A stretch of 64,000 bases of DNA from an uncultured Gammaproteobacteria bacterium (GCA_964627245.1 CAZVGS010000001.1:89256-153255), one strand, 5' to 3'; shown: positions 52,950-62,533, numbered from the stretch's first letter. Notes: generated by a model from the letters alone, not told the origin. Program-made: numbers and translations.

Positions 52950-53899
52950 GGACTTTTACTATCTGGCCTTGCAAGAACTTCTGTTCCATTATTAAGACCG
53001 GATAGTATTTCGGCTTTTACAAATCCTTTTTCACCAATTTTTACTTCTGTAAGCTGACCGTCTCTGTCTTCAGCTTTTTGTACATATATTTTTCCGTCTC
53101 TATAAATTAAAGCACTCATAGGAACAGTAAGCGTATCTTCTTTGCGGATAAGTTGAATTGTAGCTATTGCAGTCATATTTGGTTTTACACTTGCAGGCAG
53201 GTCGTTAACTTGAATTTTTGATTCAAAAGTCACAACTCCTCCATCGATGGCTCCAGCTGTATCGATAGATTTGACTTTTCCCGACAAAGACAAGTCTTTA
53301 ATCGCATCAAAAGTGATATCCACTTTTTGTCCGGAAGAGATTTTTGGAGCATATATCTCATTGATATAAACAGTTAAATATGGCTCATCTTCCAAAGTAT
53401 CTTCATACGCAATCTTTGCCAGATTTACTTGAGCTTGAGCTGCTGAAATAGCAATGTCTGCCTCCTTGTACTTTGTTTCTGCTGATCGGAAATCTTTTTC
53501 TGCTTCAACAAGGACAGAGTCTATGCTTAATTTTTCGAGGGTTGTATACTCATCCTTAGTAGCCGGATTGGTCGTATTATCATTTTTATAATTCACACTG
53601 TTTTCTGCATCCAAAACTGCCTGTCTTTTCACCCACATCGCAGCATCTGCAGCCTGTTTGTTTTGCTTTGCGGTAGCTAATGAGTTAATTGCGCTTTGAT
53701 ATTCTGCGTATGCTGACGCTTTTTCTGTATCGGTTGCTGTCTTATGAAATGTGCCGCTTACCTGAACAGTTTCAAGAAAGGTTTCTTTTTGTACCGTATG
53801 CAACAGACGGGTATCAGGCTTTTGCAATACCAGAAATTTAAATCCGATGGCAGATATTACTATAAAAGCGACGACAAAATAAATTTTACGTAGTTTCAT
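52946..53899 (-). CDS. HlyD/MacA-type periplasmic adaptor-like protein
   Basis: N-terminal anchor, a coiled-coil hairpin and beta-barrel segments. ATGA-type overlap with the permease. Confidence 0.65.
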   Translation of the reverse strand: MKLRKIYFVVAFIVISAIGFKFLVLQKPDTRLLHTVQKETFLETVQVSGTFHKTATDTEKASAYAEYQSAINSLATAKQNKQAADAAMWVKRQAVLDAENSVNYKNDNTTNPATKDEYTTLEKLSIDSVLVEAEKDFRSAETKYKEADIAISAAQAQVNLAKIAYEDTLEDEPYLTVYINEIYAPKISSGQKVDITFDAIKDLSLSGKVKSIDTAGAIDGGVVTFESKIQVNDLPASVKPNMTAIATIQLIRKEDTLTVPMSALIYRDGKIYVQKAEDRDGQLTEVKIGEKGFVKAEILSGLNNGTEVLARPDSKSP

Positions 53900-53900
53900 G

Positions 53901-54338
53901 TTATTTAATTTTAGCTTGAGAGTCCAATATGCTGGTAAATATTCTTATCATCTCTTTGATGTCATTTTCAGGAATGGCTTTAAAGACATTAAAATGAGTT
54001 TTTTGTAGTTGATCTTTAAACACTTTTGTCTGTTTTACCCCATCTTGAGTAATAGAAAGACAAATAATTCTGCGGTCGGATGAGCTATTTTCTCTTTTAA
54101 TGAAATTTCCCTCAGCAAGACGATTGGTAAGTTGAGTTGTTGCGGATATTGACATCGATAACTCATCTGCAAGAGACCCGACAGAAGCATTAGGATTCTC
54201 GTAGATGAATGAAAGTGCCTGGGCTTGAAGAAGCGTTACTGCCTTGTCTTCAAAAGAACTTGTTTGCTCGATGAGCTTTCGGACCTTGATTGCTTTGCTA
54301 AAAAATTCAGACAATAATTTTGGGTTAATATTTTTCAT
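53901..54338 (-). CDS. MarR family transcriptional regulator
   Basis: 145 aa. wHTH segment VGSLADELSMSISATTQLTNRLAEGNFIKRENSSSDRR. Confidence 0.75.
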   Translation of the reverse strand: MKNINPKLLSEFFSKAIKVRKLIEQTSSFEDKAVTLLQAQALSFIYENPNASVGSLADELSMSISATTQLTNRLAEGNFIKRENSSSDRRIICLSITQDGVKQTKVFKDQLQKTHFNVFKAIPENDIKEMIRIFTSILDSQAKIK

Positions 54339-54350
54339 TCTTTTAAGAAG

Positions 54351-54387
54351 ATAGTTTATGACATAAATATTTTATAGTATAAACTAT
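54351..54387. promoter_or_regulatory. inverted repeat ATAGTTTAT-N19-ATAAACTAT (candidate MarR operator)
   Basis: Perfect 9-bp arms, starting 12 nt upstream of the marR start on the minus strand. Confidence 0.4.
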
Positions 54388-54563
54388 ATTCTGTCAAGGA
54401 ACGATTTCATAATACAGATTTTAAATTCAAACCTTTTTACCTAAATACTTATTTGTAAGCAGTGCTTTCGAATATAGAAATTCAGGTATATCCTAAATGT
54501 AATCTTATTGGAGAAAGACTGTCAACCTAAGTAATCAAAAAAAGTTAAGATATTCCGCCAATG

Positions 54564-54572
54564 TGGTATAAT
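54564..54572 (+). promoter_or_regulatory. extended -10 TGgTATAAT for the kinase-to-radical-SAM operon
   Basis: Sequence ccaatgTGGTATAATttgtcc, 45 nt upstream of ATG 54618. Confidence 0.45.
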
Positions 54573-54617
54573 TTGTCCACAAAAATACCAAAGAAGTACT
54601 CAGACCAGTAATATTCT

Positions 54618-55601
54618 ATGGAAAGACACATTAGTGAATTGGACTCTCAATATACTCCCGAAGTTCTAAAAACTGTAAGGCAGGACCCATTTCTTGCGAA
54701 TTTGAAGGAAATTAATGAAATCACTCCTGTTTCAAATGGTGTTTCTCATTACGTATATAAAATTACTACAGACAAAGATAATTTTTTTTTGAAGATACGA
54801 GAGAATCACTTTTCAAGGCTTCCTGAAATTGCAATAAGACCAGAGGACATTAAGAGTGAATATAAAGCACTAACCATTTACGAATCTTTCATGCCAAATA
54901 ATTTCCCCCAAATAGTCTCTTTTAGTGACCAAAAACACTACCTAATAACTACAGACGCAACATTCAATGGTATGTTGTTCCAGGAAACTTTAATAAGTGG
55001 AGACGCTACAGGAGAAATGGTTTATAATCTTGGATCAACATTGAAGGAGATTCATACTTCAACTGCAGCATACACGGATGATATCAGGGAAGAGGGGGAT
55101 AGCACCCATTATGATCTGAAGCTATTGCATAGATTTGAATTCGCTAAAAACGATGGACTCGATGAGGTAGTTGAGAAATTAAAAAAACAAAAAAAACAAT
55201 TAATTTTGGGGGACCCAGCCCCTAAAAACATTGGCATCAATAATAATGGACTACTCTTTATCTTCTTTGATCTCGAAGATGCTCATCAAGGTAATCCCAT
55301 CTTTGACTGTGGCTATTTGCTTGGTCATATATTATTACATAATCTTTTGGATCCAAAAAAAGCGAGCGAATTAGCGGATGACTATACAAGCGGTTATGGA
55401 ATAGAAAAGTTTGATGAAGATATGCTTAAAAAAATTGCATTGGGAATAGTAAGATACCGATTAGGAGGTAAAATTCCATATCCGGCACCAAATATTCCGC
55501 AAGACATGAAAATACCGATAATGAATAGAATCGAAAACATTTTTCAGGTAAATCTCAAAACTTCAGATTGGACTACAATATTTACTTATTTGAAAGCGTG
55601 A
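54618..55601 (+). CDS. APH/MtnK-like small-molecule kinase
   Basis: LGDPAPKNIGINNNG…FFDLEDAHQGNPIFDCGYLLGHILLH resembles the methylthioribose-kinase/aminoglycoside-kinase catalytic region. Confidence 0.55.
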   Translation: MERHISELDSQYTPEVLKTVRQDPFLANLKEINEITPVSNGVSHYVYKITTDKDNFFLKIRENHFSRLPEIAIRPEDIKSEYKALTIYESFMPNNFPQIVSFSDQKHYLITTDATFNGMLFQETLISGDATGEMVYNLGSTLKEIHTSTAAYTDDIREEGDSTHYDLKLLHRFEFAKNDGLDEVVEKLKKQKKQLILGDPAPKNIGINNNGLLFIFFDLEDAHQGNPIFDCGYLLGHILLHNLLDPKKASELADDYTSGYGIEKFDEDMLKKIALGIVRYRLGGKIPYPAPNIPQDMKIPIMNRIENIFQVNLKTSDWTTIFTYLKA

Positions 55602-57040
55602 AAAAATTAAATTTAATGCTTATTGGCGTGGGTCCGCATGCAAAGCGGATTTATTATCCAATTTGCAAACAGGAAAAGTCTTTAGGCGTTAAAATTGTAT
55701 GTGGGGTTGATTTAATAGAAAAAAGGAACGACATTGAGGAATACTTTGAAAAATATCAAGATAGAATGCCCATGCATTATGTGGCTAAGAATGCATATTC
55801 TAAAAAACTAACAAAACAAACAGCAGCAGCACTTAACAAGCTTGTACGAAAATATCAAGTCGATGGAGTAATCATTTCAACTGATCCTTTAGCTCACCTT
55901 CGCTATGGCTTGTGGGCCATTAGCCAAAATCTTCACGTATTGATGGATAAACCTATCTCTGCAGTCCCAGGATCATCAGTAAATGAGACAGCAGCAAGTG
56001 AAATTCTTTCTGATTTTTATTTACTGAAGAAAGCTCATATCAAAACAGGTAAAGATGCAATATTTAGTATCATGGCTCAAAGGCGGTTTCATCAAACATA
56101 TATAAAAGTACGCAAAATGGTAGAGGAAATTTTCAAAAAAACTAATTGTCCTATTACTTCTATTCAAACCGCTCACTCTGACGGTCAATGGAGACTTCCA
56201 TCGGAAATAATTGATATGGATTATCATTCTTTTGATCAGGGCTTAGGCAAGATTTCTCATTCTGGGTATCACTTCCTAGATATGATTTGCTGGCTTATAA
56301 GCGCTGCTACTACAGAGAAGAAGAAGGTAAATAATGTTGACATTTTTGCGCAAGCAATGCGTCCTACTGATTTTATCTCTCAAATAAATTTTTCTGATTA
56401 CAAAAATTTATTTGCAGATTTTTCCAAAATAAACAAATATTCCGAAAAAGAATTTAGAGAAATAACAAAAAAATACGGAGAAATTGACACATTTATCAAT
56501 TTCGCTTTCAAACATAATTCTGATGTAATTACTTTGAGTAGCTCAAATTTAATGCATAATGGTTTCTCTCAGCGAGGTTGGCTATTACCTAAGAAAGATT
56601 TGTACAAGGGAAATGGAAGAGTGAGACAGGAAGCAATGTTCATCGAACAAGGCCCCTTTCAGTCTATTTCGCTCGTCTCTTATCAGTCAAATGAAATAAA
56701 TAAAAATTCTAATAAAAAAGTTTATGATATAGGCGGTGAGTACCACTTGGACGTACATGTTTTTAGAAATAACAATTATAATCCAGAGTGGAAAGACTAT
56801 GAAAAGTTCTCGGTTGAGGATTTATCAGAAAATAGACTAAGAGGTTATTCTAGGGGTCATCAAGAAGATGCACGAAGAAACTCGATTATTGAATTTATAG
56901 AATGCGCGAAAGGTAATCACATAAAACAAAAATCTAGTCTGCTATCTCATGAATCTACTGTTAAACTTATGAGTGGAACATATCTTTCAATGGCGAAAAA
57001 ATTTAATTCTGAAAATCCTGTTGTAAATATCAGGCTCTAG
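55598..57040 (+). CDS. Gfo/Idh/MocA-like NAD(P)-dependent oxidoreductase (long form)
   Basis: GTG start overlapping the kinase stop (GTGA). Rossmann N-terminus LNLMLIGVGPHAKRIYYP and VDGVIISTDPLAHLRYGLWAISQNLHVLMDKP. Confidence 0.55.
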   Translation: MKKLNLMLIGVGPHAKRIYYPICKQEKSLGVKIVCGVDLIEKRNDIEEYFEKYQDRMPMHYVAKNAYSKKLTKQTAAALNKLVRKYQVDGVIISTDPLAHLRYGLWAISQNLHVLMDKPISAVPGSSVNETAASEILSDFYLLKKAHIKTGKDAIFSIMAQRRFHQTYIKVRKMVEEIFKKTNCPITSIQTAHSDGQWRLPSEIIDMDYHSFDQGLGKISHSGYHFLDMICWLISAATTEKKKVNNVDIFAQAMRPTDFISQINFSDYKNLFADFSKINKYSEKEFREITKKYGEIDTFINFAFKHNSDVITLSSSNLMHNGFSQRGWLLPKKDLYKGNGRVRQEAMFIEQGPFQSISLVSYQSNEINKNSNKKVYDIGGEYHLDVHVFRNNNYNPEWKDYEKFSVEDLSENRLRGYSRGHQEDARRNSIIEFIECAKGNHIKQKSSLLSHESTVKLMSGTYLSMAKKFNSENPVVNIRL

Positions 57041-57043
57041 TCC

Positions 57044-57739
57044 ATGAGATTTCAAATACTAGGAAGGAATACTATTGAGAAGGCTTCAGGTCTCGTTGTG
57101 GTAATAGACGTCCTCAGAGCGTTTACAACAGCATGCTACATATTTTCAAAAGGAGCAAAAGAAATCGTGCTTGCATCAACTCCCGAGGAGGGACTTCTTT
57201 TGAAAAAGCAGTATCCTAAATATCTTTTAGTAGGTGAGCGTAAGGGGCTAAAACTCACAGGATATGATTATGGAAACTCTCCATTTGAAATAAAACAAGC
57301 CAGTCTTTTAGATAAGACTGTCGTGATGACAACTTCCCTGGGGACCTCAACTCTTCTTGATTTGTACACATTATCAAAAGGCAAAGAATTTATTACTGGA
57401 AGTTTTGTTAATGCATCGGCCATTATTAACTACATAAAAAAAAGCAAATATGAAATAGTGAGCCTTATATGCACAGACGACTCCTTCAATGATAACGAGG
57501 ATTACATGTGTGCAAAATATATAGTAAGCAACTTTATAGGAAAATCTCTTGACTTTCAAAAAATAAAGGAAGATTTGACCAAACATCCAATATCTGAAGG
57601 GTTTCTTAAAAAACCTTTAACTAAATACGCACCAGATGATTTCAATCTGTGTTTGCAAGTGAATAAATTTAGGTTTATTATAATGTCAAATAGATCAGCT
57701 GAGAGAATACTTTTGAAGCCTATAAATTATGAGCGCTGA
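57044..57739 (+). CDS. 2-phosphosulfolactate phosphatase (ComB) family protein
   Basis: VVIDVLRAFTTACY and GERKGLKLTGYDYGNSPFE…VVMTTSLGT match ComB-family signatures. Confidence 0.65.
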   Translation: MRFQILGRNTIEKASGLVVVIDVLRAFTTACYIFSKGAKEIVLASTPEEGLLLKKQYPKYLLVGERKGLKLTGYDYGNSPFEIKQASLLDKTVVMTTSLGTSTLLDLYTLSKGKEFITGSFVNASAIINYIKKSKYEIVSLICTDDSFNDNEDYMCAKYIVSNFIGKSLDFQKIKEDLTKHPISEGFLKKPLTKYAPDDFNLCLQVNKFRFIIMSNRSAERILLKPINYER

Positions 57740-59201
57740 AAGAAGTCAAGGTGCACCCAATAGATTTACGCTCCGAAAAGAATACTTTGGCGGTCTGGTC
57801 CTTGATTCCCATTCACCCAAGAATGAATTTATCCAGCCAGATGAATATGAGTTTTTAAGCGAATTAAAAGAAACAGAAGCGGCTATATATGATCAAGTCG
57901 CCCAAAATAATCCCAATTTAGCCCAAAGAGTTGATGCTTTTGCCCAGACTGGATTTGTGGAAAAAGGTCCTAATGGTGAAATTCTTTTGACAAACATCAG
58001 ACTTGTGGATCCTCCTCAAACAATCCGCGAAGGCGTTCTTACCGCTCCCATACGTGTATACGATATGTATACCAGAAAATGCAATCTCACCTGCGAACAT
58101 TGCTACGCTGCAAGCAATCCATTTATTAAAGAGGATAGACGCACCTTAGATCAGACAGCAGATATCATGAGGAAGTTTTATGATGCCGGAGCTATAGAAT
58201 GGCGCTTCACGGGTGGGGAACCCACAGTTTACCCTGACTTATTTGACGCTATTGATGTTGCGCAAGGATTAGGTATGAATGTTAGCCTGAATTCAAATGG
58301 ATGGTGGAGCGAAAATACTGCAAAAAAAGTACTTAGTGCTGGAATATCAGAAATGGTAATTAGCATTGAAGGTGAACCAGGAACAAATGACTTAAGAAGA
58401 AAGGTGGGTTCTTATGATCATGTAGTCGACACTCTCGATAAAGTGGCGCATCACAATAAATTATATCCGGATAAATATATGAATGTAATTATAAATACCG
58501 CGGTAGGCAGGGATAATATAAATGACGTAGAATTTGTGGTAAGACTGGCTGCAAAATATGGACACGATATGAACTTTCTTCCATTAAAACCCAGCGGAAG
58601 AGCAAGACATGGACTGCAAACCACGATGCTAAGCCCAAGGGAATGGATGGAATTTTCAAGAAAAGTAAACGAACTTAGATCGGATCCCGAAATAAAAGAT
58701 TCAGGAATTAAACTCAGTCATAAATATAAAGATCTGTTCTGCCCTACTGCTCCTGATCAATCCAATAAACCTTATCCCTTTAACTATGCTGAGTGTGGAG
58801 CAACAACCACAGCTATAAGCATGTTTCCAGATGGAAGGGTTTTCGCATGCCCCTTCGTAATAGAATTTGATGTTAATAATAAATTCGTTGGCCCCAATAT
58901 GATTACGTCATCAGTGGAAGACGCATGGAACGACTTACATATTGACACATTCAGAACTGCCGAGAAAACGCAAGGCTGCTCTAATTGCGGACATCTATCA
59001 AAAGGGTGCAGGGGTGCATGCAAGGCAACAGTTCTTGGGTATGGAGGAGAAATATCGGACGGTAAATTAAAAGGAGAAGATCCGTATTGCTATGCAAATC
59101 TCATGAACGAGAATGGCAAAAACATAGTAATTCCTGAAGACAAAAAGCAAGGACGCCAAATGCTCCCACTTATTGCAATAGATGATATCCCCACACTATA
59201 A
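57729..59201 (+). CDS. radical SAM enzyme with C-terminal SPASM domain and ~100-aa N-terminal extension
   Basis: CNLTCEHC (CX3CX2C), GGEPT, and a C-terminal Cys cluster (CGATT…ACPF…GCSNCGHLSKGCRGAC…C). The N-terminus FTLRKEYFGGLVLDS… looks like a PqqD/RRE domain. It overlaps comB-like by 11 nt. Confidence 0.75.
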   Translation: MSAERSQGAPNRFTLRKEYFGGLVLDSHSPKNEFIQPDEYEFLSELKETEAAIYDQVAQNNPNLAQRVDAFAQTGFVEKGPNGEILLTNIRLVDPPQTIREGVLTAPIRVYDMYTRKCNLTCEHCYAASNPFIKEDRRTLDQTADIMRKFYDAGAIEWRFTGGEPTVYPDLFDAIDVAQGLGMNVSLNSNGWWSENTAKKVLSAGISEMVISIEGEPGTNDLRRKVGSYDHVVDTLDKVAHHNKLYPDKYMNVIINTAVGRDNINDVEFVVRLAAKYGHDMNFLPLKPSGRARHGLQTTMLSPREWMEFSRKVNELRSDPEIKDSGIKLSHKYKDLFCPTAPDQSNKPYPFNYAECGATTTAISMFPDGRVFACPFVIEFDVNNKFVGPNMITSSVEDAWNDLHIDTFRTAEKTQGCSNCGHLSKGCRGACKATVLGYGGEISDGKLKGEDPYCYANLMNENGKNIVIPEDKKQGRQMLPLIAIDDIPTL

Positions 59202-59483
59202 GTTCTATTAAAAATCTTGATACTTTCAGATTTTATATTTGGATTAATCCAGACAATTCCGCATAATAACTTCAATCTCGTAGAATAACTAGGTTAATAA
59301 CCTTGAATAGTCACCCATTCAACATGTTAATCAAATTAATATTATATGAAAAACTGATTGGGAACGAGAAAATATACTAAAATTAGGCTATCTAAGGTCA
59401 ATTACTTAAATTTTGTTATTAAATCCTGATTTGTTTGAGGCATTAATTTAGTTGGTCGCATAACTGTTGTGAGCTACCCGACC

Positions 59484-59633
59484 CTATTTTCGAACGGATT
59501 GTTTCTCACGCTTTAAAGGTTTGGGAAGTGTACCAGCAGCTTCTCTAGCTAGGAAATCATCAGCTAGTAATTCTGCAAGCTCATCTAATATTTCATCTTC
59601 AGTTTTCTTTTTCTTAACTACCTGACGGGACAT
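59484..59633 (-). CDS. possible 49-aa protein
   Basis: Hand-translated MSRQVVKKKKTEDEILDELAELLADDFLAREAAGTLPKPLKREKQSVRK. It overlaps the upstream stop by 16 nt. No other support. Confidence 0.2.
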   Translation of the reverse strand: MSRQVVKKKKTEDEILDELAELLADDFLAREAAGTLPKPLKREKQSVRK

Positions 59634-60103
59634 AATATAAAAGCATGATGATGAACAATAGTATTTTTATATTCTATTGATTCAAGAGAGGTAGTAACAC
59701 TTGTTTCAGGGTAACTACCGGTTAGTTTATATCTGTATTGCCAATCTCCCTCAGGTTCAGGTTCACAATCTTCCATTAATCTAGTCTTCTCTCCAAGTTC
59801 TAATATCATATGTTTTAAATATGAGCCCACTTCTTTATCAGATATACCTAATGACGATAAAACTTCATCATTTGGTGTTCCGCCAGCATACAAACGAGTA
59901 AAGGTTTCATCTCCTACACGGACCAGTTCCTGTCCCCCACCAGAGCTACTAGCAAACCACTCGTCATGATAAGTTGCACCCTCTGGAAGCTCAACATGAC
60001 TCACATTACCAGAAAAATCTCCACGATTTATACTTTCAGGTTTGCCTCCAGCATACCCAGCGTTTAGACCGTTTGTTAAAGCTGATTTAAATTCCTGTTT
60101 CAC
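59618..60103 (-). CDS. hypothetical protein (possibly DUF5680-like)
   Basis: 161 aa with a GTG start 7 nt downstream of a TATAAT box (60111-60116, minus strand). The GYAGG…YHDEW…GGGQELV…YAGG pattern is vaguely DUF5680-like. Confidence 0.45.
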   Translation of the reverse strand: MKQEFKSALTNGLNAGYAGGKPESINRGDFSGNVSHVELPEGATYHDEWFASSSGGGQELVRVGDETFTRLYAGGTPNDEVLSSLGISDKEVGSYLKHMILELGEKTRLMEDCEPEPEGDWQYRYKLTGSYPETSVTTSLESIEYKNTIVHHHAFILCPVR

Positions 60104-60129
60104 TAAGTTGATTATACACCACAGCCATA

Positions 60130-60141
60130 AGGGACTCGAAC
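60130..60141. repeat. orphan copy of the tRNA-Lys T-arm segment (AGGGACTCGAAC)
   Basis: 12-mer identical to 60231-60242 (inside tRNA-Lys UUU) and to 20217-20228 (inside tRNA-Lys CUU). Confidence 0.5.
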
Positions 60142-60221
60142 GAAAAGTGAAGCTATAAATTAAAAGTTAAAAGTGGAAATAGTGTTTTCGAACCAAGTTT
60201 TGAGGTCAAAAAGAAATGTTG

Positions 60222-60293
60222 TGATCCGGCAGGGACTCGAACCCTGAACCCAAAGCTTAAAAGGCTTTTGCTCTACCATTGAGCTACCGGACC
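60222..60293 (-). tRNA. tRNA-Lys (anticodon UUU)
   Basis: Manual fold: GGTCCGG/TA/GCTC-AATGGTA-GAGC/A/AAAGC-CTTTTAA-GCTTT/GGGTT/CAGGG-TTCGAGT-CCCTG/CCGGATC/A. CCA is not encoded. Confidence 0.9.
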
Positions 60294-60441
60294 ATTCGGC
60301 TCAACCTTGGCCTTGTTCCACATAACCTCAATTGAACCGACCCTAATTTTACCAAATTTAGCCTTGTCTACGCAAATACCCCGTTAATTTGACAAAAAGT
60401 AAAAAGTTGCCCATACTATGCGTGAAAGGAGGTGAAAGATA

Positions 60442-61098
60442 ATGAATAGTGTTAATGACATTTTAATTAACACCCTCAACGGCTCGGTCACAACAATAAT
60501 ATCTTTTATTCCGCTCTTTCTATCAGGCTTCATAATTCTTCTAATTGGAGTAATAGCTTCAACTTTTTTAAGACAAATTGTAAGAGAAAGCTTGAAATTT
60601 ATTAAGTTCGAGAGTTTTCTAAGAAAATACGGAGTACCGCAAACAAAAGAAGCAGCCGACTGGAGCACAATCCTATCAGAAATCGCCAGATGGTTTATTA
60701 TAATTGTCTTTCTGATACCAGCAGCTCAAATCTGGGGACTTGGAAAATTTGGAGATGTTTTGAATAACTTACTTCTCTTCTTACCAAATGTTTTTATATC
60801 TGTATTACTGCTTTTGGTAGGATTTGTTGTATCAAAGCTTGTTTATGACCTTTTGATTGCATCTGTACAAGGGCTTTCTAGAGACGGTGCCAAGAGCATT
60901 GCTTTAACCGGGAAATGGGCTGTCTTGGCATTTGTTTTTTTGATAGTATTAAATCAGCTTGGTATTGCAAGCGATCTAATACAAATTCTCTTCTCTGGAA
61001 TTGTAGCAATGATCGCTATTGCAGGAGGTCTGGCTTTTGGGCTTGGAGGTAAAGATACCGCCAAAGATATTATCGAAAAATTTAAAAAAAGACTTTGA
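60442..61098 (+). CDS. membrane protein with repeated 'conserved TM helix' segments (MscS-N-like)
   Basis: 218 aa with 4-5 TM helices. Good SD (aaggaggtgaaagataATG) and TTGACA/TACTAT promoter-like boxes upstream. Confidence 0.45.
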   Translation: MNSVNDILINTLNGSVTTIISFIPLFLSGFIILLIGVIASTFLRQIVRESLKFIKFESFLRKYGVPQTKEAADWSTILSEIARWFIIIVFLIPAAQIWGLGKFGDVLNNLLLFLPNVFISVLLLLVGFVVSKLVYDLLIASVQGLSRDGAKSIALTGKWAVLAFVFLIVLNQLGIASDLIQILFSGIVAMIAIAGGLAFGLGGKDTAKDIIEKFKKRL

Positions 61099-61143
61099 TT
61101 TGAGTTGAAACAAAATTTTTCGTATAATACGATTGCAACAAAA

Positions 61144-61217
61144 GGCCCCATCGTCTAGTGGCCTAGGACGTCGGGCTTTCATCCCGAAAATCGCGGGTTC
61201 GACTCCCGCTGGGGTCA
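61144..61217 (+). tRNA. tRNA-Glu (anticodon UUC)
   Basis: Manual fold: GGCCCCA/TC/GTCT-AGTGGCCTA-GGAC/G/TCGGG-CTTTCAT-CCCGA/AAATC/GCGGG-TTCGACT-CCCGC/TGGGGTC/A. CCA is not encoded. Confidence 0.88.
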
Positions 61218-61259
61218 CAATTAACTTGCTCACTTTGGTTGAGATTTATTTTGTCATTA

Positions 61260-62533
61260 TGGGTGTAGTACTTATTTTAGGAACTCAGTGGGGAGATGAG
61301 GGAAAGGGAAAAGTTATCGATGCGCTGAGCAAAAACTCGGAATTCGTTGTCCGCTTCCAGGGCGGTAACAACGCAGGACATACGGTCATAAATCCTCTTG
61401 GAGAATTCAAACTTCACCTAATTCCTGCTGGTGTATTTGAAAAAAAATCAAAAGTAGCAATAGCAAATGGTGTTGTAATTGATCCTGAAGTACTTGTTGA
61501 AGAAATTGAAAGTCTTGAAAAAGCAGGAATTGATCTCAAAAATAGGCTATACATATCTCCAAGATGCCATATTATTTTGCCTTATCATAAGCTTTTGGAA
61601 AAGGTGTATGAGGAGGCAAAAGGAAAAGGCAAAACAGGAACCACGGGGCGTGGAATAGGTCCTGTCTATTCGGATAAAGTCGGCTACAACGGCATCAGAC
61701 TTTATGACTTAATGGATCCTAAAAAATTTAAGAACAAGCTTGAAATTCAGCTTGGGTTAAAAAATGCAATTCTTAAATCATACGGAATAAAACCTTTGTC
61801 ATTTAGCACCATAGAAAAAACAATGAAACCTATACGAAAAAAGTTGCTGCCGTATATTAATGAACCCTTTCCCTTCATCCAAGAAGCATTAAAGAAAAAT
61901 AAAAAAATTATGATCGAGGGCGCGCAAGCTGTTTTTCTTGACAACGACTGGGGAACCTACCCATTCGTGACTGCTTCAACCATCGTTTCTGGCGGCATAA
62001 CGGGAGGTGCGGGAATTGCACCTAAATACCTGAAAGAAATTATTGGAGTAATCAAAGCATATACCACAAGAGTTGGTGAAGGACCTTTTCCGACTGAATT
62101 TGATGCTAGCGAAAGTGAGCATATCAGAAACCTTGGCCTGGAATTTGGAGCAACGACAGGAAGGGCAAGAAGGTGCGGATGGCTTGATTTGGAGATGGTA
62201 AGATTTGCAGTCGAGTTGAATGGAATTACTGACCTTGCACTAACCAAAATTGATGTCCTAGATACATACAAAGAAATAAAGCTCTGCACCGGCTACAAAT
62301 TGGAAGGCAAAATCCTGAGGTATTATGACGGTGATGAAATCTTTCTTGATAACGTAGAACCTGTATACAAGACGATGAAAGGCTGGCAATCAAGCACAAA
62401 AGGCGTAACCTTATTTGATAAGCTTCCTAGAGAAGCAAAAGCTTACATCGCGGAGATTGAAAAGCAGACAGGAGTAAAAGTCGCATACATCTCAACAGGT
62501 CCTTCAAGGGAAGAGATGATAGCAAGAAGCTAG
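61260..62533 (+). CDS. purA: adenylosuccinate synthetase
   Basis: MGVVLILGTQWGDEGKGKVID, GGNNAGHT, TTGRGIGP and GATTGRARRCGWLD motifs. The start is moved downstream of tRNA-Glu, which the track ORF overlaps. Confidence 0.92.

Noticed and set aside
54339-59483. RiPP precursor peptide for the radical SAM/SPASM enzyme
   Set aside because: I scanned both strands of 54339-54617 and 59202-59483. Only ORFs of 10-19 aa were found, without an RBS, Cys/Gly-rich cores or leader-like features. The 61-aa ORF 59090..59275 (-) overlaps the enzyme gene antisense. This remains unresolved rather than disproved.
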